Positions 17,954-27,569 of a stretch of 40,814 bases of DNA are shown piece by piece (position 1 is the first letter of the stretch; every line of letters starts with the position of its first letter). The position numbers and the translations under genes were made by a program. The DNA is from a virus (lineage: Duplodnaviria > Caudoviricetes), in IMG/VR virus record IMGVR_UViG_3300022697_000073, positions 1-40,814 of that record. The stretch is one strand, 5' to 3'. Below the pieces are notes generated by a model. It ran no database searches. It was not told the origin of the DNA and was given only the letters and a program-made list of their open reading frames with translations.

Positions 17954-18244
17954 TTAATCCTCCAAATAGCTTTTTAAAGTTGAAATGCCGTCTTCCATTG
18001 CACTGCAAGCGTCTTGCACGTTCTCATTGTCAACTAGATCATAAACCTCATCTAGTTGTAGCCCTATCTTTGTTAAGGCCGGCATAATATCTGACAATAT
18101 ACCTAAGGCTTGTTGTTTGGCCTTTAAAGCATTATATTTTAAATTATTCTCTTCTACTTCGGTAGATACACTCATAATCTTAACTCCTATAGGTCTTATA
18201 CTTTCGCAAAGAGTACTTTGCAATTTACTTGTTTTGTTTTTCAT
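17954..18244 (-). CDS. Hypothetical helical protein (start at 18244 or 18175)
   Basis: ORF with RBS-like sequences before both starts. Confidence 0.6.
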   Translation of the reverse strand: MKNKTSKLQSTLCESIRPIGVKIMSVSTEVEENNLKYNALKAKQQALGILSDIMPALTKIGLQLDEVYDLVDNENVQDACSAMEDGISTLKSYLED

Positions 18245-18418
18245 TTTATTTTCCTTTAACAATAAAGAGGCTGGTAATTACACCTATTTAACCCTGCTTT
18301 TCTTTTCTTGATAAATATATCAGGTTGGTACACAATACTGTAATATTATGGGACTATAACAGCACATATAGTTTATAACCTTGTAGAAATAGTAGCACCT
18401 CATTGTTATTTATTGAAG

Positions 18419-19084
18419 TTAAAGACGAGGTTTAGAAGTTTTAGCCGGAGCTTCCTCTTCTGCAGTTTCAGGTTCGGCGCTAAAATCACTAGCTTCGTCC
18501 TGTCCTACATAACCATCTTCTTGTCCCTCAAAACCGGCGTCTTCTTCATAAGGAATAAAGTTAATAAGCTGTAAGTTGTTAATGAATAGGCTAGGCCCAA
18601 CATCTAAACCACTTGTATACTTTTTAAGATTACCCGATATAGCGCCTATAGAACCATTGCCTACCTTTTGACCTTTAAGATCAATTTTCTTAGGTTTAGG
18701 CTGAGCAGCGTCATATACGTGTATGATTTTTTTCTTCCCGTCTGGAAAGGTAGTAATAGAAGAGAAACTAAATGCAGTTAAACCAGTTGGTTTTGCTCCT
18801 TCGTCTCTCTCAGTAGTCATCGCAGTAGGAACATAGCGACCATCAGAATCTTCAAGCACATCGCGGTAACCTATAGACTTACGTCTTTGCTTACCCTTTA
18901 GCTCTCCAACTATGTTTTCTATTTGCTCAATCATTTTTTTAGTAGCAGGAAGGTCTGTTTTTACATATATAGTTGCTGTATAAACATAACCTGTTTGGTT
19001 ATAATTAGCTTTACCTTGCCCAGATATGTTAACAAAATGAAGTTCTCCTGGCGGTGTTACTATTCTCTCTATTTCATTTGACAT
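18419..19084 (-). CDS. ssb: Single-stranded DNA-binding protein, T7 gp2.5-like
   Basis: IVTPPGELHFVNI...VGNGS...LFINNLQLI pattern with acidic C-terminal region; in the replication module. Confidence 0.75.
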   Translation of the reverse strand: MSNEIERIVTPPGELHFVNISGQGKANYNQTGYVYTATIYVKTDLPATKKMIEQIENIVGELKGKQRRKSIGYRDVLEDSDGRYVPTAMTTERDEGAKPTGLTAFSFSSITTFPDGKKKIIHVYDAAQPKPKKIDLKGQKVGNGSIGAISGNLKKYTSGLDVGPSLFINNLQLINFIPYEEDAGFEGQEDGYVGQDEASDFSAEPETAEEEAPAKTSKPRL

Positions 19085-19200
19085 TTTTAGTCTCCTTTGA
19101 GTTAATTTAATTACTAATCACTATCTGCACTTGCAATGGTAGTGATACTAGTGTTTTATAAAGCCGCTCCAGTTACCAGCCTAGTCCCCAAACTGTTAAC

Positions 19201-19514
19201 TTACATACGAGCTAACATTTTTTCTATTTTAGTTAGGTATTCATTTTCAGGGCCATAAAATTTAATAGCTACTGCTTGCAAATCTATAAGATCTTCTTTA
19301 CTAATCTCATTGCTAACTTTAGGAGCTTGTTTAAATGCAATTACTTCTTTACGAAGTAACTTAGCTTCATCTTCAGCCTTAGCTACTTTTGCTTTAAGCT
19401 CTTTAATAAGATTGTCAGTAGCTGTAGCAGCTTCTGCTCTTTCTTTATTAGCCTTTACTTCAGTAGATACTGCCGGATTTGGCATACTAGTCGGTGTTGG
19501 TCTATTATCAGTCA
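19201..19514 (-). CDS. Hypothetical coiled-coil protein
   Basis: AAGGA RBS before ATG at 19514, downstream of the promoter at 19576-19604. Confidence 0.65.
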
Positions 19515-19575
19515 TTTTATTTTCCTTTTCAGTTTGTACAAACATATCCAATTTTTCAATCTTGAATATAATCAT

Positions 19576-19604
19576 ATTATAACATATTATAAATCATTTG
19601 TAAA
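19576..19604 (-). promoter_or_regulatory. Sigma70-type promoter TTTACA-17-TATAAT with TG extension
   Basis: Same motif as 25089, 26008 and 27541; a 20-bp AT palindrome atttaataaatttattaaat lies just upstream. Confidence 0.7.
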
Positions 19605-19635
19605 CATATTTAATAAATTTATTAAATGAATATTT

Positions 19636-20046
19636 TTATTTTACGTAATTCACAATGCATTTATCATTAGCTGGCCATAGTACAATTGATACTTCTATTA
19701 AAGCAACTTTTAATAACGTTCTATAATGGCAAGGATTACCGCCATCTTCGTATTTAGTAGGTCTATAACCAATGCTAAAACCTAGGCGTATTTTGTTAGC
19801 TTTGCATTCTTCCATTTTAGATGCAAAATGGTCATAAATTTCTATCACACAAAACAAACCTTTTTTGTCTACCTTAAAACTTTTGGTTCTACCCACAATG
19901 TCAGATTTATTATGCTCTCTTAATACTGGAATATTCAATTTATGCTTTCTAAGATCAGCAAGAGTTGCTGTAAAAGCTTTTGGGTCTATAATATCACCAA
20001 CTTCGTCTATATTACCGAAATATGCTACATAACCTTTAATATTCAT
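19636..20046 (-). CDS. HK97-family prohead protease (peptidase S78-like)
   Basis: GYVAYFGNID..GDII..AF, LREH, GFSIGY, EVSIVLWPAN. Confidence 0.88.
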   Translation of the reverse strand: MNIKGYVAYFGNIDEVGDIIDPKAFTATLADLRKHKLNIPVLREHNKSDIVGRTKSFKVDKKGLFCVIEIYDHFASKMEECKANKIRLGFSIGYRPTKYEDGGNPCHYRTLLKVALIEVSIVLWPANDKCIVNYVK

Positions 20047-20216
20047 TACTTGTTTCCTTTTAGTATTGATTGGTTTATGTCTGCTTTTTCTTTACCGTTA
20101 AAACCTAAAAGAGCAATATCACACAAGCGATCTCTCTCTTTAAAATCACCTCTTAACAATGCTTCCATAGCGCCTTTCATACAGTCTTCTATAGTTATTT
20201 CTGTTTTACTAGCCAT
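20046..20216 (-). CDS. Small hypothetical protein, 56 aa (MASKTEITIEDC...)
   Basis: Read manually; stop overlaps the protease ATG. Confidence 0.55.
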   Translation of the reverse strand: MASKTEITIEDCMKGAMEALLRGDFKERDRLCDIALLGFNGKEKADINQSILKGNK

Positions 20217-20221
20217 GTTTA

Positions 20222-20446
20222 TTAACCTATCATTTTTAATGTTAGTGAGACTATAAACTCAAATGCTATACCACATAACATACCTTTTATAAAAGCTTTG
20301 TTTCTTAGACTTTTAAGGCTACCTCCATTACAATAATTATAGTAGTAATCTCTTTGAGTCCTTAGCTTAATATTTTGTATCTTTAATCTTGCCATTCCTT
20401 CTGCGCGTCCCATTTTACTCTCCTTAGTTTGTGTAAACTTTATCAC
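20222..20446 (-). CDS. Small hypothetical protein with C-terminal hydrophobic segment
   Basis: ORF; AAGGAG before the internal MGRAEG start. Confidence 0.55.
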   Translation of the reverse strand: MIKFTQTKESKMGRAEGMARLKIQNIKLRTQRDYYYNYCNGGSLKSLRNKAFIKGMLCGIAFEFIVSLTLKMIG

Positions 20447-21737
20447 TTGCTCTACTTATAGCAACATAAAGTAATTTTAAATATAAATTGTAGTTGAAAT
20501 CAGCACTTTTGCTTATATCTATAGTGTCTAAAAATACATTCTCATACGTACTACCTTGGCTTTTATGAACTGTCATTGCGTGCACAAAATCAACGCATAT
20601 AACATTATTCTTAAAAGATAAGTAACGTTTCCAACAACTTGATCTTAACTTTGCTAATGGTTCTCGCCAATTAGATTGTGCCCATACCTTAGCGTCAATA
20701 CCATACTTAAGAGTTATATTTTTATTTGACTGTACTGCTAATTTTCCAAGCTCAGCTTTAACATTTAGATACCGTTGATGGCCAAATATAACAGCCCTAG
20801 CTGTTTCATTATCCTCATAATCTGTAAGAGTAAAGAATGATACTTCTTTTATGCTCTGCAAAGTTTCTAATGTACCATATTTGCTACCCAGCTCTAATAT
20901 TTTACCTCTAATATCAATTATGAAAGGCGGCTTATCTTCTACACTGTTTAAGGTATATATTTTCCTAGTAGAAGGGCTAAAAATGTTATCTTCAATCTTT
21001 GGTTTATGCCTCCCTTGTACTGCTGCGTTTAAGGTCTCTACTTGAGCATTTGTATAAGCTAATATAACTTTAGTTGTAGTACACTTACGGTAAAGATTAA
21101 CAATATCACAGTTTCTGACAAAATTTGCATTCTCTTTTAAGGGTTCCAATTTTGCTCCGTCTATAAAGCTATTTAACTGCAACAAAGTATCTATAAGAGG
21201 ATTATCATTTTCTTGTCTATATACTTTCGTTAATTTTATCCAATGGTCACCATGAGGTACAACAGCTTTAATATCTTTAACAGGGGGTAATTGGTTTGGA
21301 TCTCCTATGTATACAACCTTAGTTAACAGTTCACCATTTTCTGCACCATATTGTAAACATGCTATGTCAACAAAATCCTTTTCACCAATCATACTAAACT
21401 CATCTATAAACAAAACAGCTACCTTATCAGGCGTACTAACTTGTTTATTACCATCTATATTAGTAACCTTAGTTGCAGCATTATTTATAGTTGGGCACTT
21501 TTTAAGAAAACTATGTAATGTTGAAATTTTAGCCTCTTTATTAAGCTTACTTTTTAACACACTACAAGCTTTATGTGTATAAGCCGTAGCTATTGCTTCT
21601 ATTTTATTGTCTGAGCAATAACTTAATAGGCTATTTAGACTTGTGGTCTTTCCCGTGCCAGCTATACCTGTTATGTATAACTCAGCTGCTTCCTCATCAC
21701 TCAAGAAGGCCTTGAATTGTTGCAGTACATTGATCAT
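20424..21737 (-). CDS. dda: SF1B helicase, Dda/RecD-like
   Basis: GIAGTGKT, IDEFSM, GDPNQLPPV, YRQ, TVHKSQGST, YVAISRA. Confidence 0.9.
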   Translation of the reverse strand: MINVLQQFKAFLSDEEAAELYITGIAGTGKTTSLNSLLSYCSDNKIEAIATAYTHKACSVLKSKLNKEAKISTLHSFLKKCPTINNAATKVTNIDGNKQVSTPDKVAVLFIDEFSMIGEKDFVDIACLQYGAENGELLTKVVYIGDPNQLPPVKDIKAVVPHGDHWIKLTKVYRQENDNPLIDTLLQLNSFIDGAKLEPLKENANFVRNCDIVNLYRKCTTTKVILAYTNAQVETLNAAVQGRHKPKIEDNIFSPSTRKIYTLNSVEDKPPFIIDIRGKILELGSKYGTLETLQSIKEVSFFTLTDYEDNETARAVIFGHQRYLNVKAELGKLAVQSNKNITLKYGIDAKVWAQSNWREPLAKLRSSCWKRYLSFKNNVICVDFVHAMTVHKSQGSTYENVFLDTIDISKSADFNYNLYLKLLYVAISRASDKVYTN

Positions 21738-22125
21738 CTAAACTACTCTCCTTAAATTTGCTTATCTTTTTACATGCAGGGCATATTCTGTTACCTATGT
21801 GGTAACTTTTAAACATATCTAAACAACTTAAACACTTACGCTGCTTTATATTATTCTTTGTAACTTTTATAGGTTCATAACATTCTAAGCATATATTACC
21901 TGTTTCTACTTTTTTGTCTAACTTTAAGCCACAATATTTGCAGTACTTAGCTTTAAAAGTTGTCTTAACTAATTCCTTAGCTCTGCTACCATGTTTTTGT
22001 CTGTATAGTAAATCACTGAACATTTTACTACTTACTAAGTCTATGTAAAAGGTTTTATATACCATTGTTATATAACCACGCGAAGTTAACAGGCTTATCG
22101 TTAACTTTATAAACATGCAGAGCAT
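21697..22125 (-). CDS. Zinc-finger protein with four CxxC pairs
   Basis: CKYC, CLEC, CLSC, CPAC; true start probably at about 22065. Confidence 0.65.
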   Translation of the reverse strand: MLCMFIKLTISLLTSRGYITMVYKTFYIDLVSSKMFSDLLYRQKHGSRAKELVKTTFKAKYCKYCGLKLDKKVETGNICLECYEPIKVTKNNIKQRKCLSCLDMFKSYHIGNRICPACKKISKFKESSLDDQCTATIQGLLE

Positions 22126-22300
22126 GGCAATCTGTTACATGACCAGTTGAGCAAATCCAGTCTCCTTGCCATTCATAAAAGTAAAACCATCTTGTCTTAC
22201 CTCCACGCATTTTTGCGCATATTTTATCCCCTGGCCTTAGCGCCTTTTTTGCTTTTCTAGTAGCATTAAATCGCTTAAATCTTTTAATAATATTTATCAT
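22055..22300 (-). CDS. Small basic hypothetical protein
   Basis: 81 aa, coupled to the primase stop. Confidence 0.55.
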   Translation of the reverse strand: MINIIKRFKRFNATRKAKKALRPGDKICAKMRGGKTRWFYFYEWQGDWICSTGHVTDCHALHVYKVNDKPVNFAWLYNNGI

Positions 22301-24570
22301 TATTCTAATCCTTTTATAGCTAATGGCTTATCATGCGACTCAAAACCATGATCGTTATTAGTCTTGAACCTATGTAAGCCGTTAATAAAGTAGTAAAAAT
22401 CATTCTTACCCCCTTTAGTCGTATGCTTTCTAACTATGCCTACATCCCTTAGTTTATTTATCAGCGCCCTACTTGTGCCTGCCCCTTCTGTCATAATATC
22501 GTAAAGTTCTGCTATCTTTTCATATTTTAGTCTACAGTCTTCCCAGCTATCTTCAAAGTCTAATACGCCATACTCATCAGCTAGGGTCGACAGCTCTTCA
22601 TATTTACTATTATGCATATAATAAGCTAACTGTTCTACTGCAGGCAAATTATCAAGTATAAGTCTCTCTTTATCTGCCGTCTCAGGAGGTGTTACATACT
22701 CTTCACTATTCAACTGTTTAATTTCTGTACCTAAATAGTAACAAAAGTCTAATATTTCACTAGGTATAAGCTCCTCAACAACACGAGCTACACCCCCAGC
22801 TTTAGTAACCCATTCTTGATCTTTTAATACATTAGGAGTCTTTATAAATGCAACTCGTCTATCACCAGTTTCAATTGGTAGTGGGTTAGAGTTAGCAGTC
22901 ATTATAAAAGTTGTACTGTGTTTGTAGTTAAAGCCATCTTGTCTCATTGCCCTTACTTGAAATTCTGCCGAACCTGTATAAGCCTTTAGTTTACCAAGCA
23001 CCTCTTGTTTATCACTTGGCCGAGTAAGTTTATTACCATACTCATCTAGCTGTATTAAATACTTATCAACCATCCAGCCATTATATTGCTCTAAAAATAC
23101 TTTAGTATCTGGTTTAGATACATATTCTTGCCCTATTATGTGTCTCAATAGATTAACTAAAGTATCTTTACCTGAACCAGGTATGCCTATAAAGTATAAT
23201 ATAACAGGTGAATACTTAAAAGTCATTAGCTTGGTTTTTATAAAACTAAGTACATAAGACCTCATATAATCATCAGGGATAAGGCTTTCAAAGTAGTTGA
23301 TTATATGGGTAGGCCTTGAGTATTGATCTTTGTACAAAGAGGGGTTATTAACAATACTCAAGGCCTGAGTTTGTCTGAATAGATTAAATTTATCAGTGCC
23401 CTCAATATGACCAAATTCAACGGCAGGGTTTAGAGAAGTTCTTATAAGCTGCTTTGTACTATCGTAACCATTTTCTGTAAGGGGCCTCCCTATCAAAGCT
23501 TTAAAAGTGTTTATAATAGAACGCTTCTCGCCATAGGTTCTCAAATATGGTACTGTGTAGTTTATTAGATAGTATAAGCCTTTTACATCATCGTAAAAAC
23601 TTTCTAAATAGTCACCATTAAGCGCAGTAGCCATAAAACCCATTTTCATCCAGTGAGGGTCATACTGCCATATAACTTTACCATCAATAGAAGCTCTCTC
23701 TTCTAACATAGGGTTTATAATGGTTGACATTAACTCATTTTGTTCTTTTGGCGTTTCTTTAAGCGAGTTAATTAACATCATAGCTTTTGTATATATTTCC
23801 ATACTTATAGATATGTCAGAGCCTAAAATTGCACTAACTTTGCTTAAGTATTCACTACCTCTACCTTTAGGCACTTCAGAGGGTTTTAAATGGCCCATTT
23901 TAACATAAGAAGGTAAATTTCTAAACGTCCGAGGTGTTATTATTTTAAATAGCACTGGGTCGTAAACTTTATTTTTAATAAACATATCCATCATAGGAGC
24001 CAGTCTATTACTAATAGCGTGGCTATTTTCATTAAGCTTAAGTACTTTTGAAGATATAGTTTGAGACTTAAAAGTTTTCAACATAGCTAATACAGTAGGA
24101 GGGCACTCTTTAAGCTTAGGTAATTCTTTCACCCCTTGCCAACTCATTTTTGTATAATTATCCTCAGTAGGTAAGTATATAAAACCATCATCAGCAAAGA
24201 AGTCTAACTCAATCTTGGTATTTTTATCTTTAACCTTAAAATTGCTAACTTTATCCGTGTATTTATAAATAATTGTGCCACCACCTGAAGGCTTACCTTT
24301 GCTTATAAAATGAAACATATAGCCAACATCCATAGCCAAAAACATGTCATATGTAAGTTGGTTATCACAATCAATTGCTATAATACCAGATTTGTTGCCA
24401 GTTATAGCACCAGCTAAGCGGGTTGGCTTCTTATTAAAATGAGAAGTATATTTTTTGCGCCAATTTTGTTCTAAGTTAGGCAAAGTTTTTTTACCACTCT
24501 CAAGACGTTTTAAAGCCCCTTTCATTGGCACGGTATACCAGCCAGCTTCAATAAATAAGTCTATTAACAT
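22300..24570 (-). CDS. Bifunctional primase-polymerase (Prim-Pol) fused to SF3/D5-like helicase
   Basis: N-terminal GAITG..SGIIAIDCD; C-terminal GIPGSGKDT, LDE, MTAN, DRR. Confidence 0.85.
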   Translation of the reverse strand: MLIDLFIEAGWYTVPMKGALKRLESGKKTLPNLEQNWRKKYTSHFNKKPTRLAGAITGNKSGIIAIDCDNQLTYDMFLAMDVGYMFHFISKGKPSGGGTIIYKYTDKVSNFKVKDKNTKIELDFFADDGFIYLPTEDNYTKMSWQGVKELPKLKECPPTVLAMLKTFKSQTISSKVLKLNENSHAISNRLAPMMDMFIKNKVYDPVLFKIITPRTFRNLPSYVKMGHLKPSEVPKGRGSEYLSKVSAILGSDISISMEIYTKAMMLINSLKETPKEQNELMSTIINPMLEERASIDGKVIWQYDPHWMKMGFMATALNGDYLESFYDDVKGLYYLINYTVPYLRTYGEKRSIINTFKALIGRPLTENGYDSTKQLIRTSLNPAVEFGHIEGTDKFNLFRQTQALSIVNNPSLYKDQYSRPTHIINYFESLIPDDYMRSYVLSFIKTKLMTFKYSPVILYFIGIPGSGKDTLVNLLRHIIGQEYVSKPDTKVFLEQYNGWMVDKYLIQLDEYGNKLTRPSDKQEVLGKLKAYTGSAEFQVRAMRQDGFNYKHSTTFIMTANSNPLPIETGDRRVAFIKTPNVLKDQEWVTKAGGVARVVEELIPSEILDFCYYLGTEIKQLNSEEYVTPPETADKERLILDNLPAVEQLAYYMHNSKYEELSTLADEYGVLDFEDSWEDCRLKYEKIAELYDIMTEGAGTSRALINKLRDVGIVRKHTTKGGKNDFYYFINGLHRFKTNNDHGFESHDKPLAIKGLE

Positions 24571-24738
24571 CTATTTACCTTTACTTAATATTACACAATC
24601 GTGGTTGAGTTTTATTTTGCCTTCTATATATAGTTTATAAAGATTGCAGCGACTCTCAAAAATGCAATTTTCATGCTTTTCAACTTTGGCAGCTAGTATT
24701 TTAGCTAACTCTTTTTTACTTTTATTGTCTAATGTCAT
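24571..24738 (-). CDS. Small hypothetical protein, 55 aa (MTLDNKSKKELAK...)
   Basis: Read manually; ATGA overlap with the upstream gene and abuts the primase start. Confidence 0.5.
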   Translation of the reverse strand: MTLDNKSKKELAKILAAKVEKHENCIFESRCNLYKLYIEGKIKLNHDCVILSKGK

Positions 24739-25049
24739 TTTTCAATCCACTCGCCCATTGGCATAACGCCTTTGTAAAATACTCCCTTAGGTTGAGTAAC
24801 CACAGTTAGATTATCCTCTTCAGCTAATAGCCATCTTGGAAACAAGCTATTATAAATTAGCTCTTCGACCTCGGGAACTGCATTTTCCATAAGAGTCATA
24901 CATTTTATGAGCTTCGTTAAGGTTGGTGCCGTTATAATATCGCCTATGTCATATTGTCTTATAAGGGCCAAAACAGGCACGCCGTCTTGATGTTTGCGCC
25001 ATATATCACTCAATACGCACTCTTGCATTAATATTGTAGGCCTTGCCAT
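24735..25049 (-). CDS. Hypothetical protein, possible HTH
   Basis: 104 aa, GAGG RBS, directly behind a promoter. Confidence 0.6.
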   Translation of the reverse strand: MARPTILMQECVLSDIWRKHQDGVPVLALIRQYDIGDIITAPTLTKLIKCMTLMENAVPEVEELIYNSLFPRWLLAEEDNLTVVTQPKGVFYKGVMPMGEWIEK

Positions 25050-25088
25050 ATTATTTCCTCTCGTTGTCTATTCTCAATTAGTTATTAC

Positions 25089-25117
25089 ATTATATATCAT
25101 ATTTTTCAATTTGTAAA
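25089..25117 (-). promoter_or_regulatory. Sigma70-type promoter TTTACA-17-TATAAT
   Basis: About 47 bp identical to 26008-26055. Confidence 0.8.
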
Positions 25118-25204
25118 CAATTATTTTAAATTATTTTGTTTACATAATATTTATGTTTAATTTATATTATATAAATGACTATTATTAATATTGATTTAGG
25201 CCTA

Positions 25205-25286
25205 CCAGGATTGACACACAGGAGATATTATTCTATTCGTATAGGTTATATAGCCAAAAATAATATTGACTGTGTGTCAATCCTGG
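25205..25286. repeat. Palindromic element, copy B (core inverted relative to A, C and D)
   Basis: Perfect 17-bp arms ccaggattgacacacag/ctgtgtgtcaatcctgg. Confidence 0.85.
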
Positions 25287-25353
25287 AGTGTAGTATAATT
25301 ACGATTATATGTAAACAATTATTTTTAACTAGTTATGTAAAATAGTGAAGCTA

Positions 25354-25390
25354 AGAAAATGGGCAATACTTTTACATATTGCCCATCTCT
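25354..25390 (-). terminator. Probable intrinsic terminator
   Basis: atgggcaata/tattgcccat stem with a T-run on the minus strand after the 25413 stop. Confidence 0.6.
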
Positions 25391-25412
25391 CTCGGCTGCT
25401 TAAGGATTGAGG

Positions 25413-25907
25413 TTATGCAGCTATTGAGAATCCTTCAGCTTCTAAGTATTCCATAAGGTCTTCTTTACTATCAAAACCTAATTCAGTTTCAACAATTGAA
25501 GTGCGAGCCGCGTCTATTTCCTGCATACGTGCTTCAATATCACTAGGAGCAAGCTCGCCATTTTGCACTTCAACCAAAACTGCTTCTTTGGCTTTTCTCG
25601 CTACTGCTTGCTGTTTTGTCCAATTACTAACGCCAGCCTTACACATAGTATTGAATCCTGTAGCAGTTTTAGCTTTAAGGCCAAACTCAACTGCAGACTC
25701 GCCAACAACAGGCAACCAGCGCTTAAAGTAATAATCATGAATAGCTAAAACTTGACCATCGCTATCTTTAATAAAACTAGTTCCAACGGCTCTATTACTT
25801 TTTGCACTAGCTAAAACAACTGCTTGGTCGAAAATAGAAGCTACTGTATTTTCTTTGTTAGCTTCAAGTAATTCAATTATTGCTACATACGCTTTTTTAA
25901 TATTCAT
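25413..25907 (-). CDS. Hypothetical early protein with its own promoter and terminator
   Basis: 164 aa, AAGGA RBS. Confidence 0.75.
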   Translation of the reverse strand: MNIKKAYVAIIELLEANKENTVASIFDQAVVLASAKSNRAVGTSFIKDSDGQVLAIHDYYFKRWLPVVGESAVEFGLKAKTATGFNTMCKAGVSNWTKQQAVARKAKEAVLVEVQNGELAPSDIEARMQEIDAARTSIVETELGFDSKEDLMEYLEAEGFSIAA

Positions 25908-26007
25908 TTTAGTTTCCTTTACATAATATGTTTTCTTTTGGTAAGGTAGAAAACTTAACCTCTAGTAAATATTTCAATTAATTAATTTCAATTAATTTTA
26001 TAAGTTT

Positions 26008-26036
26008 ATTATATATCATATTTTTCAATTTGTAAA
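26008..26036 (-). promoter_or_regulatory. Sigma70-type promoter TTTACA-17-TATAAT
   Basis: Duplicate of the 25089 promoter. Confidence 0.8.
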
Positions 26037-26067
26037 CAATTATTTTAAATTATTTACAATTATTTTG

Positions 26068-26301
26068 TTATAATAAGTCTTTAGGATTGAATCCTAAAGC
26101 GTTAATAATATCCTGTCTAGTCTCTTCATGCTTGTATAATATAACCACTTCAAAATCTTCAACATATTCATTTTCTAACCAGTCAATATGTTCTATTTCT
26201 TTATCTATGCTTAATTTTCTTAATTGTATCACATTAGGGCTATTGTCTATTGCTTTGGCCCTTCTTATATGTTCTACAATACTTTTTGCTACTTTACTCA
26301 T
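26068..26301 (-). CDS. Hypothetical early protein
   Basis: 77 aa, GGGAG RBS. Confidence 0.65.
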   Translation of the reverse strand: MSKVAKSIVEHIRRAKAIDNSPNVIQLRKLSIDKEIEHIDWLENEYVEDFEVVILYKHEETRQDIINALGFNPKDLL

Positions 26302-26427
26302 TTTGATACTCCCTTTTATTTAAGTTGTTTTGTTTCCATAGTAAATTAGTATATGAGAACACTATGGAAGCCCTCATAAAGTCAAATTCTATTTTTGTAC
26401 TTAATGCCATTTTTATGTAAATACTCA

Positions 26428-26622
26428 TTAAACTCGCCCTTCCCATAGTAACTTGTCACTATTGAAGTCAATAATTTTAAATTTTGTATTCATAGGCTTT
26501 AAATTTAACCTTCTAACCTTGTTAATTATACCTTGTAAGGTTTTTAGTTCAAAAATAACTCTATTGTTCATGCCAACACTTTCATAGCCATGGCTTGTTT
26601 CAAATGACACTATTGTTTTCAT
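26428..26622 (-). CDS. Hypothetical early protein
   Basis: 64 aa, AGGAG RBS. Confidence 0.65.
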   Translation of the reverse strand: MKTIVSFETSHGYESVGMNNRVIFELKTLQGIINKVRRLNLKPMNTKFKIIDFNSDKLLWEGRV

Positions 26623-26632
26623 AATATTACTC

Positions 26633-26842
26633 CTAACTATATTTCAAAATTGTAGTTGATAAAACTTCTTTATAAGCGAATTTTTTTAGTAAATACTCAA
26701 AGTCAATAAAATCATCTCTTTTCATTATAAAATCATTATCATCATTTACAATAAAAGTACCATTAGGTAACTCACTTAATAATAGACTTTTATCCCTTGC
26801 GTTAAATATTTTAATTATTACCATTTTAATATTTCTTTTCAT
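26633..26842 (-). CDS. Hypothetical early protein
   Basis: 69 aa, AGGAG RBS. Confidence 0.6.
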   Translation of the reverse strand: MKRNIKMVIIKIFNARDKSLLLSELPNGTFIVNDDNDFIMKRDDFIDFEYLLKKFAYKEVLSTTILKYS

Positions 26843-26914
26843 AATATTACTCCTATTATGTTAAGTTTAATTAGCTACTAAAATACATTATTAACTAATG
26901 TATTCTATAGATAA

Positions 26915-27214
26915 TTAATCTTTAAAACTTTCAAAGTCATTAAAACTTTGTTTTAGATAGTTATAAACATTTAACTCTCTACTATGTAAACAAATGCTTA
27001 AAAATGTATCTAGCTCTTTTTGACTTGTTATAGTTCTTTTGAATCTCAATAATATAGTTAGGAATTTTGCTTCCTCTTCAATTTCTTTTAACTTTTCAAC
27101 CTCCCATTTTGACTTGTCTTTATTCCAAAACCTTAAGTTTTCATAGTTAGTATTGATATTTATTTCAATTGCTATGTTCAATTGTTTGTTAAAATTTTTG
27201 AATTCTTTTATCAT
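26915..27214 (-). CDS. Hypothetical early protein
   Basis: 99 aa, AAGGT RBS. Confidence 0.6.
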   Translation of the reverse strand: MIKEFKNFNKQLNIAIEININTNYENLRFWNKDKSKWEVEKLKEIEEEAKFLTILLRFKRTITSQKELDTFLSICLHSRELNVYNYLKQSFNDFESFKD

Positions 27215-27218
27215 CTTA

Positions 27219-27365
27219 TTACCTTTCTATATTTCTATTATCTAACCAATGTAGTCTATATCTTCTTTTAGCTATTAAAATTAGTATTTCTTTTTTAGTT
27301 AAGTTAACGCAATCAAAGTTTTTAAATATTAAGAAACTATATACTGCTTTTATATAATATTTCAT
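27219..27365 (-). CDS. Possible 48-aa first early gene (MKYYIKAVYSFL...)
   Basis: Read manually; follows the promoter at 27421; weak RBS. Confidence 0.35.
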   Translation of the reverse strand: MKYYIKAVYSFLIFKNFDCVNLTKKEILILIAKRRYRLHWLDNRNIER

Positions 27366-27420
27366 TTTAATATACTTTCTTTTTATTAAACGTTAATCTT
27401 CAACGTTTTTGTTATTATTA

Positions 27421-27569
27421 AGAATACTATATTTTAATAGCATTGTAAATAGTTATTTTCAATTTTATTAAAAAAGAAATATAATTACAATTACATAATA
27501 AAGTAAAATTTTAATACTATAATTAATAGAACGGGCGCGCGTTATATCATATTTTTATATAATTGTAAA
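27421..27569 (-). promoter_or_regulatory. Two tandem early promoter-like motifs (27421-27449 and 27541-27569)
   Basis: TTTACA-17-TATTCT and TTTACA-17-TATAAC with AT-rich upstream tracts. Confidence 0.6.
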
